Of a DNA stretch of 64,000 bases, positions 58,906-64,000 are shown in pieces. The stretch covers positions 64,001-128,000 of the forward strand of contig OZ242010.1 in assembly GCA_965204745.1 (NCBI GenBank). The letters are read 5' to 3'. The number at the start of each line of letters is the position of its first letter. Within the stretch, counting starts at the first letter, position 1. The position numbers and the translations under genes were made by a program. The notes beneath the pieces were generated by a model. The model was not told the DNA's origin. It saw nothing but the letters and a program-made list of their open reading frames with translations, and made no database searches. Source of the stretch: Candidatus Latescibacterota bacterium (lineage in GTDB: Bacteria; Latescibacterota; UBA2968).

Positions 58906-59420
58906 CGCGCCCCAAAATTACCGTTCTCTGCGAAGACAAACAGCACGAATCGTTTATCCGCAGGTTTCTCAAAAAACGCAATCGGCAGATATACGCTGTG
59001 TGCAGGCCGAAAGCCAGTTCGGGTGCAGGCGATCAATTTGTTCGGGATCATTATCCGATCTATTTAGACGCTATTCGCAAACGCGGCGGCGTTCTCGTGG
59101 CGATGATCGATGGCGACAATTACAGCATGGCGCAACGCCTGGAACAACTAGATGAAGCTTGTCGTCAAGAGGACATTTTACCGCGTACACGTAGCGATAA
59201 AGTCGCCATCTTCATTCCCCAGCGCAACATCGAAACTTGGCTTGCCTATCTAGATGGCAAGATCGTGAACGAGACGGCCTCATATCCCCGCCTCGAACGG
59301 GAGCGAGAATGCCGGAAGCACGTTGACGTGCTCGAGCAGATGTGTGCAACGGGAAAATTGCGAACCCCCGTGCCAGCATCGTTGGAAGTAGCCTGCCGTG
59401 AATACCATAACGCCTTTTGA
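58902..59420 (+). CDS. TOPRIM-like partner protein of the ATPase
   Basis: VLCED, MIDGD, RNIETWL; ATGA overlap with the ATPase stop. Confidence 0.65.
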   Translation: MTRPKITVLCEDKQHESFIRRFLKKRNRQIYAVCRPKASSGAGDQFVRDHYPIYLDAIRKRGGVLVAMIDGDNYSMAQRLEQLDEACRQEDILPRTRSDKVAIFIPQRNIETWLAYLDGKIVNETASYPRLERERECRKHVDVLEQMCATGKLRTPVPASLEVACREYHNAF

Positions 59421-59875
59421 TTTTTTGCACGCCGCTCTGCACGCTTGATGGGGCAACACCTCATTAAACCTTTCTCCCAATATACAAGGGGAGAAGGCCG
59501 CGCCGCCTAACCGCCTAAAACCGAGACGCGAGATCGTAGGGGCGGTGCCCGCGTGCTCGTTCAAAGATACAAGAGGCAACCGCAGGCATGGCATGGCCCT
59601 GCGCGATGTAAGCGGGGATGAACGCGGATGATGAACACAGAGCAAAAAAAAATAATTTGCATGGGGTATATTTTTTTTTATATTACAGCGAATTTTTGGT
59701 AACAATTTTGAAACAAATTTTCAATTTGCAACGTCTCGATGGCCTGTTTTGAGCGGTATGTTTCAGTTGTGATAACGACACAAAAGGAGGTGAGGACATA
59801 GCGTAGCAATTTGTTTTTCGTCGTATTTCGAGGAGTTGTTCGTATTTTTCGCATCGTGCGAAAGGAGGTATCACT

Positions 59876-60649
59876 TTGAGATGGTTTAAGGTTTTAGGTT
59901 TTGTCGTCGCGTGTGTGTTGGCCTCGGCGAGCATGTCACAGGCGCAGGTGGCTGGCAAGTGGGGTTTGGGTGGTTTTGTCAGTTACACGAACCCCGTGTT
60001 TGCCTTTGGGCAACGGTTTGGTGGGGGCGTGGATAAATGGGGTGTGACTGCCAGCTATGTGAGCAGTTCTCGCATGACTGTTGAAGCCGAATATCACCAC
60101 GCTCGGATGGGCGGTGGCATCTTGGAAAGCGGTGAGTTCACTTGGTCGCCCAAGGCTTTGACCGACCATCAGTATCGAAGCAAAGATATCAACCCGAACA
60201 GTTCGTACACGAATCGGTTTAACAGTGTGCTGTTGTCCGGGTTGTGGTTTTTTAATGCGGACCGTTCGATGGATGAGGGCAGTTTTTCGCCCTATATCAT
60301 CGCGGGCGGTGGGCTTTACGACCACAAGACTGTCGCGGAAAATATCGTGTGGCCAGGGCAAAGTCCAAACGATGCTAAAGGTGTGGATGAGACCAATGTG
60401 GATGCCCAAGGCGATATCTTGCCTCAAGTTGTGCTAGATCGCCAAGAAGACACGCGCACGGCTGTGACTGCGGTTTTGGGGGTGGGGTTGGAGGCGCATT
60501 TGACGCAAACGATAGCAATGGATGTGCGTGCGCGGTATCATTTCATCCTCGGCGAACTTCGGCCCTACGATGCGTGGGAGTTGCCCAAGGCGTTTCCGCT
60601 TCAGATGTTCGATTTGAGCGCCGGGTTCAAATTTTACTTTTGGGACTAA
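59876..60649 (+). CDS. Outer membrane beta-barrel protein
   Basis: Signal peptide, SPYIIAGGG, terminal GFKFYFWD; AAGGAGG RBS. Confidence 0.8.
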   Translation: MRWFKVLGFVVACVLASASMSQAQVAGKWGLGGFVSYTNPVFAFGQRFGGGVDKWGVTASYVSSSRMTVEAEYHHARMGGGILESGEFTWSPKALTDHQYRSKDINPNSSYTNRFNSVLLSGLWFFNADRSMDEGSFSPYIIAGGGLYDHKTVAENIVWPGQSPNDAKGVDETNVDAQGDILPQVVLDRQEDTRTAVTAVLGVGLEAHLTQTIAMDVRARYHFILGELRPYDAWELPKAFPLQMFDLSAGFKFYFWD

Positions 60650-60664
60650 AGGAGGCATAAGTTG

Positions 60665-63600
60665 ATGGGCAATATTTTGAAAACGTTTTCCATGTTCGCG
60701 CTGTCCTTGCTCGTTTTTGCAGGTGTTTGTGATGCGGCGACGACGGGTAAGATGCAGGGCACAGTGCGCGATGCCCAATCGGGCGAGGCCCTGCCGGGTG
60801 CTAACGTGGTGATCGATGGCACACAGCGCGGCGCAGTCACCGATGCCAATGGGTTTTTCGTGATCTTGCTGGTGGAGCCTGGCACGTATTCGATGACCGG
60901 GTCCATGGTGGGTTATGACGCACAGCGCCAGACCGACATCAGGGTTCAGAGCGACTTGACGACGACGGTTGATTTCCAGATTCGAGAGAAGACGCTGGAA
61001 TTGGGTGAAATCACGGTGATCGCAGAGCGCCCTCCGGTCGAGCCGGATAAGACCACGAGCAAGTACATCATGAGCGCGGAGGATTTGGAGTCCGTGCCCA
61101 TCGTGCGCGATATGGGCGAGTTCATCGAGCTTCAGGCGGGCGTTTCCATTGATGCCGAAGGCGATGAGATCATGATCCGCGGCGGCGACCGCCAGGATGT
61201 GGCGTATGTGGTGGATGGCGTCCGCATTACGACGACCGACCACCGAGGCTCTCGCACGGGCATTGGGCGCAGTCTGAACAAGAGCGCGGTTCAAGAACTT
61301 CAGGTGATCACGGGCGGGTACAACGCCGAGTATGGCAATGCACAAGGCGGCGTGGTCTCGATGGTGACGCGCGATGGGGGTTCGTCCTACAATGGGATGC
61401 TGGACTATCAGTTCACACCCGCAGGCCAAAAGCACTGGGGCGCGAACGTGTACGAATCGCCCATGCATCGGGGCAACAACAACTGGAGTGATCCCGATTG
61501 GGTTTCGCAACAGGTCGAGATTCCAGCCGACTTGGATGGCGATGGCGCCAACGATATGGTTCAGGCGCACAAGCGGTTGGACTACACGGGGCAAATGGGT
61601 CATCGCGTCGACGCCAATCTCGCGGGGCCTTTGAACCGTGACATCACGTTTTTTGCCAGCACGATTTGGGAGAAGACCCCGTCTGCGCTGTTGAATTCGA
61701 ATTTGACGACGCCTCCGAATACGCGCAATACCGGGAAGTTGACGTTTGCCGCGTCTCCGAATTTGAAGTTGCGCGTTGGGGGGATTTACAATCGCCGGCA
61801 AAACACTTTTACAGGCCCAGACGAAGGCGGGCGGTTGAATTTGCGCGACAATGGTCGCAACATCTTTTTGCACATCGTGAATCCAACGGGCAATTATCGC
61901 GATACGGATGGGTTGTTTTACGGGACAGTGACGCACTCCTTGTCGCCAAAGACCTTTTACGAGGTGAACCTGTCCTACTCCACGACGACGCGCGACACGC
62001 TGGGCTTGCACGCTCATCCCGATATCGGCAATCCGAATTTGACCTCTTCGAGTGTGAGGGATGGGAGCGGTCACTTCACGATTTACCGCGAAGTGACCAA
62101 CTGGAGCCTGTATGGGTACAAGCGGATGGGCTTTAAGGCGGACCTGTCGAGTCAGGTGAATAAGCAGAACTTTGTGAAAGCCGGCATAGAAGTGATTCGC
62201 TACAACAACTGGTATCAGCAACGGTGGTCAAATGGGCCTACGAACCGCTATGTCCGCTGGTTTTCCAAGTCTTTTGATGAGTCGGCATTCTGGCCGAATC
62301 AGGAGAATGTGGGCCTCAATCCCATCGATTTTGGCGTTTATGTTCAGGACAAGATCGAGTTTGAAGGGATGATCTTGAACGCTGGTATCCGCGGCGAGGT
62401 CTTTTTCCAAAACACGATGATGAAAGATGTGGATGGGTGGTTTGGCTCTAAGGCGCCGTGGAATGGCATGACGCGCTCGGTTTGGGTTCCCGAAGTCAAG
62501 GGCAAAGCGATCAAGGCGTTTCAGCCTCGCATTGGCGTGTCGCATCCGATCACAGAGAAGAGCCTCCTGCGCTTTTTCTACGGTCGGTTTGTGCAACGTC
62601 CGCAATTCCACGAAATGTTCGAGAACGAGTACTCGTCCAATGAGGCCGTGGATAACGACCTGAATGGCAATGGCGTGATCGATCCCGCCGAACAGTACAA
62701 CGAGTACAATGATACGGGACGGCATGGCAACCGGTTCTTGCCGCCCGAGGAAACCACTTCTTTCGAGGTGGGGTTGGACTGGAACTTCGTGGGCGATTAC
62801 GTGCTCGGTTTGACGACCTATTACAAGGCGTCTGGCAATGAGACTAGGAGTGCTTCGCAACAGTGGTACGATCCGGAAACGCCTCAGTACGTGGCGACGG
62901 TTCGGGCTTACGCGCCCGGCAACTGGCGCGATGTGCGCGGTTTCGAGATCAATTTGCGGAAGAAATTCTCCAACATGTTCTCGTTCAATGTGGGGTATAA
63001 CCTGCAATGGGCAGATAGTGGGCGCAACAGCGCGCATCGCCGCGACGTGTGGCCGGATTCGCTCTTTGTCGCCAATGGCTATTACATGCTGAGGTGGACG
63101 TCGGATAATTCGGGCGCAGAGATGCCCGTGCCCTTGTCAGATGAGGAGCGCGTCACCTTAGGCGAAAGGGCGGATAATCACTTGCAGTCCCGGCACCGCA
63201 ATGTGGTGGAGTTCACGGGTACGGGCAGTGCTTGGTCGTGGATTCCGTGGTATTCGCACTATGCGAACCAGGGTGCCCGATATGTCGCAGGTCAGGAGCC
63301 GACAAACTTGGGTGAATACGACGACGCAGATCGGGAATACTGGGAGAATGCGGCCCGCCACATCAACGACTTGGCGGGGTATCAAATGGTAAGTGGCGAA
63401 GGCACATTGATGGTGGCGCACAATCAGGAATCGGGCGAACGCGCGCCGCTGACCGCCGACCGCCGCAGTTTTGGTTCTATCTCGTTCCTGTTTGCCACGC
63501 CTTCGAACTACGGGCCCTTTGGCGGCAAAGCCGTAGGCAATTTGCGGGCGAACTTGGTGTATCGCCTGTACACGGGTTCTCGGTTCACGTATAGCACGGG

Positions 63601-63937
63601 TGGGATTCAGGGCTTCCGGTATGGCCCGATCCACACGCGCGCAGACTTCAATGCCGAGAAGGTGTTTGGCAATACGTCTGGCGTGAACGTCACCTTGGCT
63701 GTCGAGGTGTACAATCTGTTCAACCAGAAGGATACGCGTTCGACACATATCAACAATGAGTCCACATTGCCAATTGATTTCGAATCGGATCGCTATCAAA
63801 AGTATGGCATCTTGGGCTTAGAACCCACCAATCCCGATATTCTGGCCCTCGATCTGGTCAATCCAGAGACGAGCGATATCACCAATTATTGGGATTCTCC
63901 GCGCGAGATGAATTTCAGCTTGCGTATCAAGTGGTAG
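60665..63937 (+). CDS. TonB-dependent receptor-like protein with a carboxypeptidase-regulatory N-domain
   Basis: G.V.DA.SGEALPGANV, plug IRGG...YVVDG...GGYNAEYGNAQGG, YVQDKIE, PRIGVSHP, terminal W. Confidence 0.9.
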   Translation: MGNILKTFSMFALSLLVFAGVCDAATTGKMQGTVRDAQSGEALPGANVVIDGTQRGAVTDANGFFVILLVEPGTYSMTGSMVGYDAQRQTDIRVQSDLTTTVDFQIREKTLELGEITVIAERPPVEPDKTTSKYIMSAEDLESVPIVRDMGEFIELQAGVSIDAEGDEIMIRGGDRQDVAYVVDGVRITTTDHRGSRTGIGRSLNKSAVQELQVITGGYNAEYGNAQGGVVSMVTRDGGSSYNGMLDYQFTPAGQKHWGANVYESPMHRGNNNWSDPDWVSQQVEIPADLDGDGANDMVQAHKRLDYTGQMGHRVDANLAGPLNRDITFFASTIWEKTPSALLNSNLTTPPNTRNTGKLTFAASPNLKLRVGGIYNRRQNTFTGPDEGGRLNLRDNGRNIFLHIVNPTGNYRDTDGLFYGTVTHSLSPKTFYEVNLSYSTTTRDTLGLHAHPDIGNPNLTSSSVRDGSGHFTIYREVTNWSLYGYKRMGFKADLSSQVNKQNFVKAGIEVIRYNNWYQQRWSNGPTNRYVRWFSKSFDESAFWPNQENVGLNPIDFGVYVQDKIEFEGMILNAGIRGEVFFQNTMMKDVDGWFGSKAPWNGMTRSVWVPEVKGKAIKAFQPRIGVSHPITEKSLLRFFYGRFVQRPQFHEMFENEYSSNEAVDNDLNGNGVIDPAEQYNEYNDTGRHGNRFLPPEETTSFEVGLDWNFVGDYVLGLTTYYKASGNETRSASQQWYDPETPQYVATVRAYAPGNWRDVRGFEINLRKKFSNMFSFNVGYNLQWADSGRNSAHRRDVWPDSLFVANGYYMLRWTSDNSGAEMPVPLSDEERVTLGERADNHLQSRHRNVVEFTGTGSAWSWIPWYSHYANQGARYVAGQEPTNLGEYDDADREYWENAARHINDLAGYQMVSGEGTLMVAHNQESGERAPLTADRRSFGSISFLFATPSNYGPFGGKAVGNLRANLVYRLYTGSRFTYSTGGIQGFRYGPIHTRADFNAEKVFGNTSGVNVTLAVEVYNLFNQKDTRSTHINNESTLPIDFESDRYQKYGILGLEPTNPDILALDLVNPETSDITNYWDSPREMNFSLRIKW

Positions 63938-63945
63938 ATTATCAC

Positions 63946-63980
63946 AGAAGGGCGCGGCACTCGTTTCGCGCCCTTCTCTT
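63946..63980 (+). terminator. Terminator-like hairpin
   Basis: AGAAGGGCGCG...CGCGCCCTTCT directly after the receptor stop. Confidence 0.6.
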
Positions 63981-64000
63981 ACAAAAAAAACGGGAACTTC

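Noticed and set aside
59640-59875. Possible riboswitch upstream of the TonB-type receptor operon
   Set aside because: No cobalamin, TPP or other aptamer consensus recognised by eye; an Rfam scan is needed
1-64000. tRNA or rRNA genes
   Set aside because: No cloverleaf or rRNA-like segment recognised; tRNAscan was not run

Overview
GC-rich bacterial chromosome segment. The gene mix (several phytanoyl-CoA dioxygenases, enolase-superfamily enzymes, a sulfatase, a GWxTD-TPR protein, a large TonB-type receptor) resembles Latescibacterota/Poribacteria-like lineages; this is inference only. Housekeeping genes (prmA, thrC-like, queA, purM, cinA, addA-like, nth, rsmD, an Fe3+-type ABC transporter) alternate with accessory DNA. 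The most striking structure is at the window centre (30240-33418): eight head-to-tail, near-identical genes for short DUF1640/CCDC90-like head-stalk-membrane-anchor proteins. Each after the first is preceded by the same 64-66 bp spacer with an RBS. They differ mainly in the number and order of 11- and 7-residue coiled-coil modules (81-143 aa). The array sits behind a secreted EF-hand/Vgb-propeller gene and ahead of a terminator. Also present: an IS605-group TnpB-only element with IS608-like ends and a nonsense codon, a MunI-like restriction-modification pair, three toxin-antitoxin loci with a dead or missing toxin, an RNA ligase flanked by two ABC-ATPase + TOPRIM-like pairs, nested MITE families, and dispersed heptamer repeat families. 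All calls are by eye from the sequence and ORF track; no database searches were run.
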